Numbered from the stretch's first letter, positions 17,008 through 26,187 are shown. The stretch is 32,132 nt of DNA from an uncultured Clostridia bacterium (GCA_964641385.1 CAZXKH010000001.1:556-32687); one strand, 5' to 3'. Translations and numbers: made by a program. Notes: generated from the sequence alone by a model not told the origin.

Positions 17008-18339
17008 TTATCCCAGCTGGCCTTCAATTACCCCTACCAGCCCTGAGGCAATCTCTTCGATCTCATCAGCATCAGGACCCTCTACCATCACACGAATTAC
17101 AGGCTCTGTGCCTGAGGCCCTGACATGTATACGTCCTCTTCCGGCAAGCCTTTTTTCACCAGCTTCTATCTGGGACTGAATGGCCTCTACCTCCTCCCAG
17201 TCCTTATCACTGACGGAAGCATTCTTTAACACCTGTGGATACTTCCTTAGTATCCCGGAGAGAGAAGATAATGATTCCTCTTTCTTCTGCATCACCTCCA
17301 TCACCTTGAGGGCAGTTAAAAGCCCATCACCGGTGGTATTATGGTTTAAGAAAATAATATGGCCTGACTGTTCTCCACCAAGCACATAGCCCTTCTCCAG
17401 CATCATCTCCAGTACATAGCGGTCTCCATTCTGAGCCAGCTCCAGTTTAACACCCCCTTGTTCCAGGGCTTTTTGTAGTCCCAGGTTGCTGTAGGCGGTA
17501 GCCACCACCCGCTGGCCTGATAACTCTCCCCTTTCCTGTAGATAAGAGCCGCAGATGGCCATTACATAATCACCATCACGCTCCTCTCCCCTTTCATCAA
17601 TAAGGATCACCCGGTCAGCATCACCATCATGAGCAATACCAAGGTCAGCACCTGTAGCCTTTACCAGTTTCTTCACCATACCGGTATCCGTGGAACCACA
17701 CTCCACATTGATCCGGGAACCATCAGGAGTATCATTGATGGCAATAACACTGGCTCCCAGCTGCCGGTAAACAAAGGGTGCAGCCTGAAAGGCAGCCCCA
17801 CAGGCACAGTCAACCACCACTTTTAGTCCTGAGAGATCACAGTCAATGCTCTCTGCCAGCATCTGAGCATAGCGCTCCAGGGCATCCTCCTGTAAAAAGA
17901 ACCTTCCCACGTGATCCCCCATTGGACGGGGCAGATCAGAGGATTGAATCAGCTGCTCAATCTCCTGCTCCTGATCATCAGAGAGCTTGTAGCCACTGCC
18001 AGAGAAAAACTTAATCCCATTATCCTCAATGGGATTATGAGAGGCTGAGAGCATCACTCCACCACAGTACTCCTGCTTTTGACTGAGCAGTGCCACTGCC
18101 GGGGTGGGTATAATACCGACACTAACAACATCAACTCCCACTGAATTAATACCTGCCATCAGGGCCCCGGAGAGCATATCACCGGAGAGCCTGGTATCCC
18201 TACCCAGCACCATGGCGGCACCAGCCCTTCCTGCTGATAGAAACCGGGCCCCGGCCCGGCCCAGATTAAAAGCCAGTTCAGGGGTCACTTCCTTATTGGC
18301 AACTCCTCTAACACCATCAGTCCCAAACAATCCACCCAT
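17008..18339 (-). CDS. glmM: Phosphoglucosamine mutase
   Basis: MGGLFGTDGVRGVANKE N-terminus and SASHNP phosphoserine motif. Start moved to the ATG at 18339 (GGAGGAAGGAG upstream). The 99-codon upstream extension in the track has no homology-like features. Confidence 0.9.
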   Translation of the reverse strand: MGGLFGTDGVRGVANKEVTPELAFNLGRAGARFLSAGRAGAAMVLGRDTRLSGDMLSGALMAGINSVGVDVVSVGIIPTPAVALLSQKQEYCGGVMLSASHNPIEDNGIKFFSGSGYKLSDDQEQEIEQLIQSSDLPRPMGDHVGRFFLQEDALERYAQMLAESIDCDLSGLKVVVDCACGAAFQAAPFVYRQLGASVIAINDTPDGSRINVECGSTDTGMVKKLVKATGADLGIAHDGDADRVILIDERGEERDGDYVMAICGSYLQERGELSGQRVVATAYSNLGLQKALEQGGVKLELAQNGDRYVLEMMLEKGYVLGGEQSGHIIFLNHNTTGDGLLTALKVMEVMQKKEESLSSLSGILRKYPQVLKNASVSDKDWEEVEAIQSQIEAGEKRLAGRGRIHVRASGTEPVIRVMVEGPDADEIEEIASGLVGVIEGQLG

Positions 18340-18454
18340 TTTTTTCAACAGCTCCTTCCTCCACTTTACTATACATAATAAATTCAAGAAAAAGCTAACA
18401 ACTCCTGCAAAGTAAGATCTGAAGATTGGATATGAAAAATATGGTAATTTACCC

Positions 18455-18483
18455 TTGACAGGCAGCTCCTCTGGGCATACAAT
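18455..18483 (+). promoter_or_regulatory. Near-consensus sigma-A promoter of the CPBP protease gene
   Basis: TTGACA (18455-18460), an exactly 17-nt spacer, then TACAAT (18478-18483). GAAAGGAG and the ATG at 18506 follow. Confidence 0.6.
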
Positions 18484-18505
18484 AAGAGGGGAAAGGAGTA
18501 CTGTA

Positions 18506-19225
18506 ATGAGCATCGAACCGGTAGTCTTTAAAAAGGGTGAACTGAGACAGGCAGCAGCACTGCAGCTCTGCTGGTTTATGATCAATGGATTGATCATCTT
18601 AAGCCAGCAGTTTACCTTCCCGGACAGGGAGATCACGGATTTTCTGCATTTTCTTTATTTTTTAAGCGGAAGGCTGTTGTTGGTACCCCTGATTCTATAT
18701 CTGGGTACCATTCAGGGACAGCGAAGCTTTGCCGACCTGGGATTAACCCTGAAGAACTTTGGTCAAAATATAAAGCTGGCCCTTAAACTCTCATTACCGC
18801 TACTGGTCATGGTGATGTTATTTATCAACCTGCCCTATAGCCTGGAGCTGCTCGAGGGAGAGGCCCTAAACCCCCTCTTTACCCTTTCTACACCGGGCTC
18901 ACTGACCAGAAGCCTGCTCTATCTGCTGCCGGTGACCATGATTACCCTGCTCCCTGCCCTGGCAGATGAGCTCCTCTTTAGAGGTTTCTTGCTACCACTA
19001 TTTTTAAGCCGCTTTGGGGTCTATTTCGGCATTATTTTAAATGCCCTGTATTATGCCTTTATTTTCTTTGAATTTCAACGAGAGATCCTCATCATCAACC
19101 TCTGTGTGGGCTTAATCTGTGCCCATCTCTTCTATCGCACCGGCTCCATTATTACCTCTACTCTCTTTCAGGCCCTCTACCACGCCATCTTCATCCTCTA
19201 TCTCTTCGGTTTCCACTACTGGTGA
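18506..19225 (+). CDS. CPBP family intramembrane glutamic endopeptidase (CAAX protease/Abi-like)
   Basis: Polytopic membrane protein with ADELLFRGF (EExxxR-type motif) and FQALYHAIF (His motif). Start set at the ATG at 18506, downstream of the promoter and SD. The track start at 18455 is the -35 box itself. Confidence 0.75.
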   Translation: MSIEPVVFKKGELRQAAALQLCWFMINGLIILSQQFTFPDREITDFLHFLYFLSGRLLLVPLILYLGTIQGQRSFADLGLTLKNFGQNIKLALKLSLPLLVMVMLFINLPYSLELLEGEALNPLFTLSTPGSLTRSLLYLLPVTMITLLPALADELLFRGFLLPLFLSRFGVYFGIILNALYYAFIFFEFQREILIINLCVGLICAHLFYRTGSIITSTLFQALYHAIFILYLFGFHYW

Positions 19226-20209
19226 TCAAAGACCGGAGATATTAACCTGAAAACCACAGGCGGGACAGAGGCCTTCCTCAAGCATGATAGTAATGCTAGG
19301 AGAGCGTTCAATCAACGGCTGACCACACTCAGGACAGCTGCTGCGACGGTGTTCAGCCCCCCGTAAATTGCCCAGATAAACAAAGTCTAGTTTCTCCTCC
19401 GCTATCTTTTTGGCCCCAAGCATCCTCTTGACAGGAGTGGGAGCACGGCTGAATCTGTGGGCAGGATAATAACGACTTAAATGAAGTGGTAGTGAGGGAT
19501 GGAGTTCAGCCAGCCAGGAGGTTAGGGTCCTGAGCTCTTGCTCACTGTCGTTTAACCCTGGAATCAAAAGAGAGGTTACCTCAAGATGGGCTTCGCTCTC
19601 TGCCAAAAGCTGAAGATTATTCAGCACTGGTCTCAGCTCCCCACCACAGTAATCCCGGTAAAAATCATTTTCTATTGATTTAAGATCAAGGTTGAAGGCA
19701 TCAATCAGGGGCAGAAGTTCCTGCAGTGGTTTCCGGTTGAGATAGCCATTGGTAACCATTACATTCTTCAGCCCGCTCCGGTGTGCCAGCCTGGCTGTCT
19801 CTTTCACATATTCATAAAAGACTGAGGGTTCAGAATAGGTATAGGCAATTCCTAAAGAGTTACGCCTTCTGGCCAGAGCTACCAGCTCCTCTGGTAAAAG
19901 GTAATTGGAAGTCTTTGCCTGCCCCCGGGATAAGCGCCAGTTCTGACAGAAACCACAGTCCAGATTGCAGCCGGCCATCCCCACCGAAAGGATCTCCCGG
20001 CCCGGATAAAAGTGATAGAGGGGTTTCTTTTCAATGGGGTCCATGGCCAAAGCATGGACCTGACCAAAGGTACTCTCCAGAAGCCTCTTTTCCTGTCTCA
20101 GACGCACCCCACAGCGACCAGTCTCTCCCTCATCTATCCGGCAGTAATGAGGACAGAGCTGACACTGAAGAGTATCCTCCAGCACCCGATAATAGGTAGC
20201 CTCCTTCAT
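19226..20209 (-). CDS. AmmeMemoRadiSam system radical SAM enzyme
   Basis: CNLDCGFCQNW (CX3CX2C). N-terminal YYRVLEDTLQCQLCPHYCRIDEGETGRCGVR is typical of this rSAM subfamily. C-terminal CPECG...CPACG ribbon. Start moved to the ATG at 20209, with AGAGGGGTGA 5 nt upstream. Confidence 0.85.
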   Translation of the reverse strand: MKEATYYRVLEDTLQCQLCPHYCRIDEGETGRCGVRLRQEKRLLESTFGQVHALAMDPIEKKPLYHFYPGREILSVGMAGCNLDCGFCQNWRLSRGQAKTSNYLLPEELVALARRRNSLGIAYTYSEPSVFYEYVKETARLAHRSGLKNVMVTNGYLNRKPLQELLPLIDAFNLDLKSIENDFYRDYCGGELRPVLNNLQLLAESEAHLEVTSLLIPGLNDSEQELRTLTSWLAELHPSLPLHLSRYYPAHRFSRAPTPVKRMLGAKKIAEEKLDFVYLGNLRGAEHRRSSCPECGQPLIERSPSITIMLEEGLCPACGFQVNISGL

Positions 20210-20224
20210 CCCGATCACCCCTCT

Positions 20225-20644
20225 TTAGTAAAGTTTTTTACCCGTGGAGGTAATGGTCAGTTTGCCGTGCTTTACACCCCTCACACTGATCAGCCTGTCA
20301 GCAACCCTTTTCACCTCTGCTGCTTTCCCCCTGACTACAATAGTCTCCAGGCAGTTATCCTCATCCAGATGGACATGCATGGTGGAGAGAAAAAGATGGT
20401 GCTGATCATGCTGCAGACGGTTTAAAACTTTTGTCAGACCGCCCACATGGTGGTCATAAATAAGAGTAATAGTCCCGGCCACTTCCTCCTCCTCCAGCTG
20501 CCAGTCCTGATTAACCAGGTAATCCCGGATCAGATCCCGAATGGCCTCGGAGCGGTTGGAGTAACCCTTACCCTCAATCAGCCGATCAAACCTTTCCAAA
20601 AGCTCCTGCTGCATAGAAATGCCAAACCTCACCGTCTCGCCCAT
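20225..20644 (-). CDS. nikR: Nickel-responsive transcriptional regulator NikR
   Basis: RHH N-terminus ([36 protein letters not shown]). The C-terminal metal domain has HDQHH...[12 protein letters not shown], equivalent to the E. coli NikR H76/H87/H89/C95 nickel ligands. AAGGAGGA overlaps the upstream stop codon. Confidence 0.85.
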   Translation of the reverse strand: MGETVRFGISMQQELLERFDRLIEGKGYSNRSEAIRDLIRDYLVNQDWQLEEEEVAGTITLIYDHHVGGLTKVLNRLQHDQHHLFLSTMHVHLDEDNCLETIVVRGKAAEVKRVADRLISVRGVKHGKLTITSTGKKLY

Positions 20645-20656
20645 GCTGGATCCTCC

Positions 20657-21970
20657 TTATTCCCGGTATCTTTCCACCCTAAAGCACCTGATCTGAACCT
20701 GGTCCTGAGGAGAGAGGCCGGCCTTTCTTTTGGCCACTGTCAGCTGTTCTTCTACAGTATTAATACCTTCCAGATCGGGCAGTAAGAGTCCCTTTCTGGA
20801 ACCCCTTTGCACCAGCACCCCATACTTTTGGGGATCAAGCTCCTCTGCCTCTGTAACCGATTCCATATCACCTATCAGGTCTACAGAAAAACTGAGCTCA
20901 TTCAATTCATCGGCCTCTACAGGTGGAAAACGGGGATCTCTAAAGGCGGCACTGATGGCATTGGTGATGATCTCTTCAGCCAGGTTCTCCTTTGTAGGCT
21001 CAAAGGTTCCCACACAGCCGCGCAGCTTTCCCTTCTTTTTGATCGAGACAAAGACACCCCTTCTTTCCTGTAGAGGGCCTTCAGGCTCACAGTCAGGCAC
21101 TTCTCCCTCTAAAGCAAAGCTTTCCACTGTCCGACGCGCCAGAGAGAGACAGAGCTCACCTCTTTCATCCCGCTTTTTAAAACCGGCCACTGCATAGCCA
21201 ACCCCAAAGGGTCCCTGGTAGGAAAAGACACGGCCTCTTAGAGCCTCCTGCTCAACTCCACCCAGCATAACCATCAGTGGACGCAGGCCACACTCTCCAG
21301 CCCTCTTAATCAGGTTCTGATCGAGATCAAGTAGAGCCCGGTAATCACTCTCTCCCAGAACCTCTACTACCCTTTGATCAAAGCGGCTACCCTCAGGATT
21401 ATATCCGGCAGGAGCCTCAGGGGTCAAACGGTGTGAGAGGTCACCACTGGCCATCAGGGCCAGTTTAACCCCTTCCCTCTCGCTGAGCATTGCTATCCTT
21501 TTGCCAAAGCTAAAGAGTTTCTCATATTCCATCAGACCCATAGATAAGAGCACCAGTGGCAGCTTAAGACCAGCCTGCTGCAGAAAATATAAGGGAACCA
21601 GAGCCCCATGGTCCAGAGTAAACTGGGGATCTCCCTCCCTTAATACCCGCAGATAATCATCACCACAGCTGTCGATCAGCTGCTGGATGAAATCAACTGC
21701 CAGAGGATACTCAATCTTCAATTGTGGAAAGCCAAACTGGACCAGAGAACCCTCAATCCTCTGACCCTGAAAGAGAGTCAACCGACTGGAGTTAACAGGC
21801 CCATGGGGTGTTACCAGAACCAGCAGCTCTGGTTCTACCTCCTCCAGCTCAGATACCAGATTATTTTCCAGTGCACTGATGGTCTCCCTAACCTCGTCTC
21901 TTCTCTGGCCTCCAATCTCGGGTAAAAGTATAGGGGCATGTGGGACCAGAGCACCATAAAGAATAGACAT
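20657..21970 (-). CDS. Fusion protein: class III extradiol dioxygenase subunit B-like (LigB/Memo superfamily) N-terminal domain plus AMMECR1 C-terminal domain (AmmeMemoRadiSam protein A-like)
   Basis: The N-terminal half (GALVPHAPILLP...VLVTPHGP...SGDLSHRL) resembles LigB-type metal sites. The C-terminal half (RRGVFVSIKKKGKLRGCVGTFEP...FRDPRFPPV...GLLLPD) is an AMMECR1 domain. GGGAGG lies 8 nt upstream of the ATG at 21970. Confidence 0.8.
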   Translation of the reverse strand: MSILYGALVPHAPILLPEIGGQRRDEVRETISALENNLVSELEEVEPELLVLVTPHGPVNSSRLTLFQGQRIEGSLVQFGFPQLKIEYPLAVDFIQQLIDSCGDDYLRVLREGDPQFTLDHGALVPLYFLQQAGLKLPLVLLSMGLMEYEKLFSFGKRIAMLSEREGVKLALMASGDLSHRLTPEAPAGYNPEGSRFDQRVVEVLGESDYRALLDLDQNLIKRAGECGLRPLMVMLGGVEQEALRGRVFSYQGPFGVGYAVAGFKKRDERGELCLSLARRTVESFALEGEVPDCEPEGPLQERRGVFVSIKKKGKLRGCVGTFEPTKENLAEEIITNAISAAFRDPRFPPVEADELNELSFSVDLIGDMESVTEAEELDPQKYGVLVQRGSRKGLLLPDLEGINTVEEQLTVAKRKAGLSPQDQVQIRCFRVERYRE

Positions 21971-22005
21971 TGTACAGCCTCCCTTCTGATAAATACAATT
22001 CTGGA

Positions 22006-22031
22006 TAGAAAAAAGGAAGCACCATGCCTCC
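22006..22031 (-). terminator. Putative terminator after rpsI
   Basis: On the minus strand, GGAGGC-AUGGU-GCUUCC (6 bp including one G-U) is followed by UUUUUUC. The stem is short, so readthrough into the next operon is plausible. Confidence 0.45.
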
Positions 22032-22050
22032 TTTTTCCTGACAGAAAAAC

Positions 22051-22449
22051 CTATCTTTTGGAGAACTGAGATTTTTTCCTGGCCTTCTTCTTGCCGTATT
22101 TCTTTCGCTCCTTCATCCTGGGATCCCTGGTCAGATATCCGGCTTTTTTAAGTGGTAAACGAAACTCCTCATCAACCTCCAGTAAAGCACGGGCAATACC
22201 ATGGCGAATGGCCCCTGCCTGACCGCTCTGTCCACCACCGCTGGCATTAACCCTGACATCAAAGGTGCCCTCGGTATCGGTGGCTTCAAAGGGTGCCCAG
22301 AGCATTTTTAAAAGCACCTTGCGATTAAAGTATTCCTCAGCCGGACGGTCATTAACGAACATCCTGCCACTTCCTGTTTCCAGGGTCACCCTGGCTTTGG
22401 CATTCTTGCGCCGACCAGTACCCTGATATACAACAGCCTCTTCTTGCAA
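22051..22449 (-). CDS. rpsI: 30S ribosomal protein S9
   Basis: [14 protein letters not shown] ... C-terminal [15 protein letters not shown] start with GGAAGGGGG 8 nt upstream. Confidence 0.95.
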   Translation of the reverse strand: MQEEAVVYQGTGRRKNAKARVTLETGSGRMFVNDRPAEEYFNRKVLLKMLWAPFEATDTEGTFDVRVNASGGGQSGQAGAIRHGIARALLEVDEEFRLPLKKAGYLTRDPRMKERKKYGKKKARKKSQFSKR

Positions 22450-22470
22450 GCTTAAAACCCCCTTCCTGTT

Positions 22471-22902
22471 TTACAGGTCCAGAGTCTGTGGACTCTGAGC
22501 CTGATGAGGATGCTCAGCATCAGCATAGATCTTCAGTTTCTTCAACATTCTCTTTCCCAGCCTGTTTTTGGGTAACATTCCCCGTACTGCCTTCTGGATC
22601 ACAAACTCGGGCTTCTTTTCCAGCAGCCGGTGGTATGGAATCTCTTTAATTCCGCCGGGATAACCAGTATGGTAGTAATATTTCTTCTGATCAACCTTAT
22701 TACCGGTCAGTTCAACCTGACGGGCATTGATCACCACCACATAATCACCGCAGTCCAGATGAGGAGTAAAAATGGGTTTATGTTTACCCCTTAAAATATG
22801 GGCTATTTCGCTGGCCAGCCTGCCCAGCCTCTTGCCGGCAGCATCAACCAGGTGCCAGTCCCTATTAATCTCCTCTTCCTTTGGTACTCGGGTCTCATTC
22901 AT
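22471..22902 (-). CDS. rplM: 50S ribosomal protein L13
   Basis: [47 protein letters not shown] is a typical L13 sequence. Confidence 0.95.
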   Translation of the reverse strand: MNETRVPKEEEINRDWHLVDAAGKRLGRLASEIAHILRGKHKPIFTPHLDCGDYVVVINARQVELTGNKVDQKKYYYHTGYPGGIKEIPYHRLLEKKPEFVIQKAVRGMLPKNRLGKRMLKKLKIYADAEHPHQAQSPQTLDL

Positions 22903-22961
22903 GCCTCTTGACCCCCCCTTTGTTCTACTGCTTTCATTTTATTACACCTCTCTTTAAGATA

Positions 22962-23714
22962 TCAACTTAAATCAACTCTGACCAGAAACAATCCCTCTGG
23001 TCTCACTGTGGGGCCCGCCCTGTTTCTATCTCTGGCCCTCAGTATTGCACCCAGCTCAGAGGGTGAAATACGTTCCCGGCCAACTTCAATCAGAGTACCG
23101 GTAATAATTCTAACCATCTGATAAAGAAAACGATCCCCGTAAAACTTTAATGTAATCAGCTCTCCCTCTGCTTCCACCTCAATTAGACTCAATCTACAGA
23201 CTGGATTTCGGTCCCGGGAGGAAGAGACGGCAAAGGAAGAGAAATCTCTTCTTCCTACAAGCTCCTTCGCGGCCCTCTGCATCTTTTCCAGCTGCAGAGG
23301 ATACCTGAGGTGTAGAGCATAGCGAGCCTCAAAGGCAGAGGGATACTCGCTGTTTAGTATCCGGTAAAGGTACAGTTTGCCACAGGCATCAAAACGGGCC
23401 TGAAAGGAGTGATCAACCTCCCGGGCCTCAGTTATTACCAGATCAGAGGGGAGCATGCTGTTTAAAGCCCGAGGAATATTGGCCGTGGGGATGCTGGAGG
23501 CAAGATGAAAGCTAATCACCTGTCCCCGGGCATGAACCCCGGCATCCGTTCTGCTGGCAGCAGAAAGGTTGATCTCATGCCCGGCCAGGAGTCTGAGCCG
23601 GTCTAAAAGCACACCTTCCACCGTCCGAACTCCAGGCCCCTGACGCTGAAAACCACTGAAATCTGTTCCCTCATATTCCACCTGACAGCAGATATTTCTT
23701 GACTGCAAGTTCAT
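22962..23714 (-). CDS. truA: tRNA pseudouridine(38-40) synthase
   Basis: VEYEGTDFSGFQRQ and the catalytic ASRTDAGVHA motif. Confidence 0.9.
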   Translation of the reverse strand: MNLQSRNICCQVEYEGTDFSGFQRQGPGVRTVEGVLLDRLRLLAGHEINLSAASRTDAGVHARGQVISFHLASSIPTANIPRALNSMLPSDLVITEAREVDHSFQARFDACGKLYLYRILNSEYPSAFEARYALHLRYPLQLEKMQRAAKELVGRRDFSSFAVSSSRDRNPVCRLSLIEVEAEGELITLKFYGDRFLYQMVRIITGTLIEVGRERISPSELGAILRARDRNRAGPTVRPEGLFLVRVDLS

Positions 23715-23720
23715 TACCCC

Positions 23721-24512
23721 TCAGATTATAATGGCCAGCACCACAAAGACTAAAGACAGAAGAAAAGCCAGATAATCCTGACCTTTAAACTTCAGCTCCT
23801 TCATCCTGGTCCTGCCCTCTCCCCCCTGATAGGCCCTTGCTTCCATGGCCAGTGAAAGCTCCTCAGCCCGGCGAAAAGCACTGACAAAGAGGGGTACCAG
23901 CAAGGGAATAAAGGCCCGGGCCCGTTTCAGCAGGTTTCCACTCTCAAAATCTGCTCCTCTGGCCTTCTGGGCCTTCATAATCTTCTCAGCCTCCTCCAGC
24001 AGAGTAGGGATAAACCTGAGAGCGATAGTCATCATCATCGCCAGCTCATGGGCTGGAACCCTAATCCGCTTTAGAGGACCCAGCAAATACTCCACTCCAT
24101 CTGTCAGCTGCAGTGGGGAAGTAGTCAGGGTCAGCAGGGTGGTAAATAGAATCAGAAAGAGTATTCTACCTGAGAGGAAGAGTCCCTGTCTCAGCCCTCC
24201 CTCATAAATGACCAGCGGCCCGGCCTGCCAGAGAATCCTGCCACCTGGAGTAAGCAGCAGATGAGCCAGAAAGGTAAAGGCAATTATAAAGAGCAGTGGC
24301 CTGACACCCTGCCAGAGATACCCTGGTTGCAGCTGTGATAAATAAATTATTACCACCAGCAGCAGAGCCAAGAGCAGATACCCCTTCCAGTTGTTAACCA
24401 TAAAGAGACCAATGATCAGCAGGAGAGTGATCAGGATCTTGCCCCTGGAATCCAGACCATGGATCAAGGAATCTCTTTTTATATATCGACCGATGGTAAT
24501 CTCACTCAGCAT
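23721..24512 (-). CDS. ecfT: Energy-coupling factor transporter transmembrane component
   Basis: Polytopic membrane protein with the ARG-type coupling helices (KAQKARGADF, AMEARAY). It sits downstream of two ecfA genes, in the conserved rplQ-ecfA-ecfA'-ecfT-truA order. Confidence 0.85.
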   Translation of the reverse strand: MLSEITIGRYIKRDSLIHGLDSRGKILITLLLIIGLFMVNNWKGYLLLALLLVVIIYLSQLQPGYLWQGVRPLLFIIAFTFLAHLLLTPGGRILWQAGPLVIYEGGLRQGLFLSGRILFLILFTTLLTLTTSPLQLTDGVEYLLGPLKRIRVPAHELAMMMTIALRFIPTLLEEAEKIMKAQKARGADFESGNLLKRARAFIPLLVPLFVSAFRRAEELSLAMEARAYQGGEGRTRMKELKFKGQDYLAFLLSLVFVVLAIII

Positions 24513-25375
24513 TTGTCCCTGCTCCTAATGCCCTGAAGGAGAGCCATTATTTCCTGTCTGGCCTCCTCTACAGTCAGAATCTCCTCTGAGACTGAAAGTC
24601 CTCTGTTGGCCAGCCGGTGAAATAGATCGGTCAGTGGCGGGATATCCAGATCAAGCTCCCGCAGGTATTCAACCTCCCTGAAAACACTCCGGGGGCTGCC
24701 ATCCAGCACCAGCTGCCCTTCCTCTAAAACCAGCAGCCGTTCCGCCAGAGTACCCACCTCTTCCATACGATGTGAAACCAGCAGGACCAGCAGATCCCGC
24801 TCACGCTGTAACTCAATAATCTGGTTTAAAATGTGCTCCCTGCCAGCAGGATCCAGTCCGGCAGTGGGTTCGTCAAGGATCAGTACCTCCGGCTGCATGG
24901 CCAGTACACCGGCGATGGCCACCCGACGCTGCTGGCCTCCACTCAATTCAAAGGGAGAGCGCTGTAAAAGAGCAATCTCCAGTTCTACAGCCTCCAGTGC
25001 CTGGTGTACCCTGGCCTCCACCTCTTTTTCCTCCAGACCAAGGTTGCGGGGTCCAAAGGCCAGATCCTGATAGACAGTCTCCTCAAAGAGCTGGTGTTCA
25101 GGATACTGAAAAACAAGCCCAATTCTCTTTCTCAGCTGCAACAGATCAGCACCCCGAGCCGTGATCTCCTCTCCATCAATAAAGATGGAACCGGAGGTGG
25201 GCTTTAAGAGACCATTCATGGTCTGAATCAGGGTGGATTTACCGGAACCGGTACGCCCGATCAGACCAACCACTCCACTGCCCTGCAGAGTAAGGTTAAT
25301 TCCCTTCAGGGCCTTTACCTCCCGGGGATCGCCCTTTAAATAAATATGGGTTACATTCTCTAAAACAATGCGCAT
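24506..25375 (-). CDS. ecfA2: ECF transporter ATPase component 2
   Basis: Walker A GRTGSGKST, signature LSGGQQRRVAIA, Walker B LILDEPTAGLD. Confidence 0.85.
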   Translation of the reverse strand: MRIVLENVTHIYLKGDPREVKALKGINLTLQGSGVVGLIGRTGSGKSTLIQTMNGLLKPTSGSIFIDGEEITARGADLLQLRKRIGLVFQYPEHQLFEETVYQDLAFGPRNLGLEEKEVEARVHQALEAVELEIALLQRSPFELSGGQQRRVAIAGVLAMQPEVLILDEPTAGLDPAGREHILNQIIELQRERDLLVLLVSHRMEEVGTLAERLLVLEEGQLVLDGSPRSVFREVEYLRELDLDIPPLTDLFHRLANRGLSVSEEILTVEEARQEIMALLQGIRSRDKC

Positions 25376-26175
25376 AGGGCCTTTACCAGCTCCTCTGTCT
25401 CTGTAATATGAGGGGGAAGCTGAAGACCATCAGCCCGCAGTCGGTAAAGAAGTTCATTGATGGGCGGTGCTCTAAGGGAGTACTTCTCCAGCTCCTCTAC
25501 CCGGCTGAAGAGCTCCCGGGGGCTCTCCTCCAGCACCTGCTGTCCCTGATGAAGCACCAGCACCCTTTCGGCCAGCAGTGCCTCTTCCATGAAATGGGAA
25601 ATAAGGACAATCGTTAAACCTTCCTCCTGTAGTTCTTTCAGGGTAGCAAGGACCTCTCTTCGTCCGGCAGGATCAAGCATGGAAGTGGGTTCATCCAGAA
25701 TCAAATAACGAGGACGCATGGCCAGTACACCGGCGATGGCCACCCGCTGCTTCTGGCCACCAGAAAGCCTGTGGGGAGCATGGTACCTGTAGTCCTCCAT
25801 TTTAACCTGCCTGAGGCTCTCATCAACCCTATCTCTAATCTCTGCTGGTGGTAGACCAAGGTTCTCCGGACCAAAGGCGATATCCTCTTCCACCACCGGA
25901 GCCACCAGCTGGTTATCTGGGTTTTGAAAGACAATGCCCACCAGGCCTTTAAGTTCCTGCCATTGTTCTGAATTCCCGGCATCAATACCCTCCACCTGGA
26001 TAGTACCACTGGTGGGGACAAGCAGAGTGGCCAGCAGTTTGGCCAGGGTGGACTTTCCCGAAGCATTGGGACCGATTACAGCCAGGAATTCACCCCTGCC
26101 CAGGGTCAGATCAAAGTCTTTGATGGCCTCAAGACCCTGAGAATAGGTATAGGATACCTCCCTGGCTATTAGCAT
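25360..26175 (-). CDS. ecfA1: ECF transporter ATPase component 1
   Basis: Walker A GPNASGKST, signature LSGGQKQRVAIA, Walker B LILDEPTSMLD. Confidence 0.85.
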   Translation of the reverse strand: MLIAREVSYTYSQGLEAIKDFDLTLGRGEFLAVIGPNASGKSTLAKLLATLLVPTSGTIQVEGIDAGNSEQWQELKGLVGIVFQNPDNQLVAPVVEEDIAFGPENLGLPPAEIRDRVDESLRQVKMEDYRYHAPHRLSGGQKQRVAIAGVLAMRPRYLILDEPTSMLDPAGRREVLATLKELQEEGLTIVLISHFMEEALLAERVLVLHQGQQVLEESPRELFSRVEELEKYSLRAPPINELLYRLRADGLQLPPHITETEELVKALCALF

Positions 26176-26187
26176 CTATTTAACCCC

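Noticed and set aside
16839-17179. Plus-strand ORFs 16839-17123 and 16967-17179 across the glmM/glmS junction.
   Set aside because: They are antisense to the glmS ribozyme and the glmM 3' end. The ribozyme consensus explains the conservation-like appearance of this spacer.
18340-18636. A 99-codon N-terminal extension of the glmM ORF in the track (start at 18636).
   Set aside because: The extension has no mutase-like sequence and overlaps the CPBP promoter and 5' coding region on the other strand. The canonical MGGLFGTDGVRG N-terminus begins at the ATG at 18339, which has a good SD.
20730-21197. Long antisense 'shadow' ORFs opposite real genes. Examples: 20730-21197, 26494-26931, 16003-16389, 12427-12786, 12998-13279, 23845-24207, 366-647.
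   Set aside because: They are Ser/Pro/Arg-rich with no recognisable domains and no SD. Each lies fully inside a strongly supported gene on the other strand, which is the typical frame -1 shadow of purine-rich coding sequence.
21985-22037. AAGGAGGC-ATG (ATG at 22025, minus strand) opening a short ORF that overlaps the start of the LigB::AMMECR1 gene.
   Set aside because: SD-to-ATG spacing is only 1 nt. The ATG lies in the loop of the rpsI terminator hairpin, and the ORF is out of frame with nothing recognisable.
21971-22050. Search for a NikR operator (GTATGA-N16-TCATAC-like or GTAACAC-type palindromes) upstream of the nikR-containing operon.
   Set aside because: No such palindrome is visible in this spacer or at the nikR junctions, so no site is claimed.
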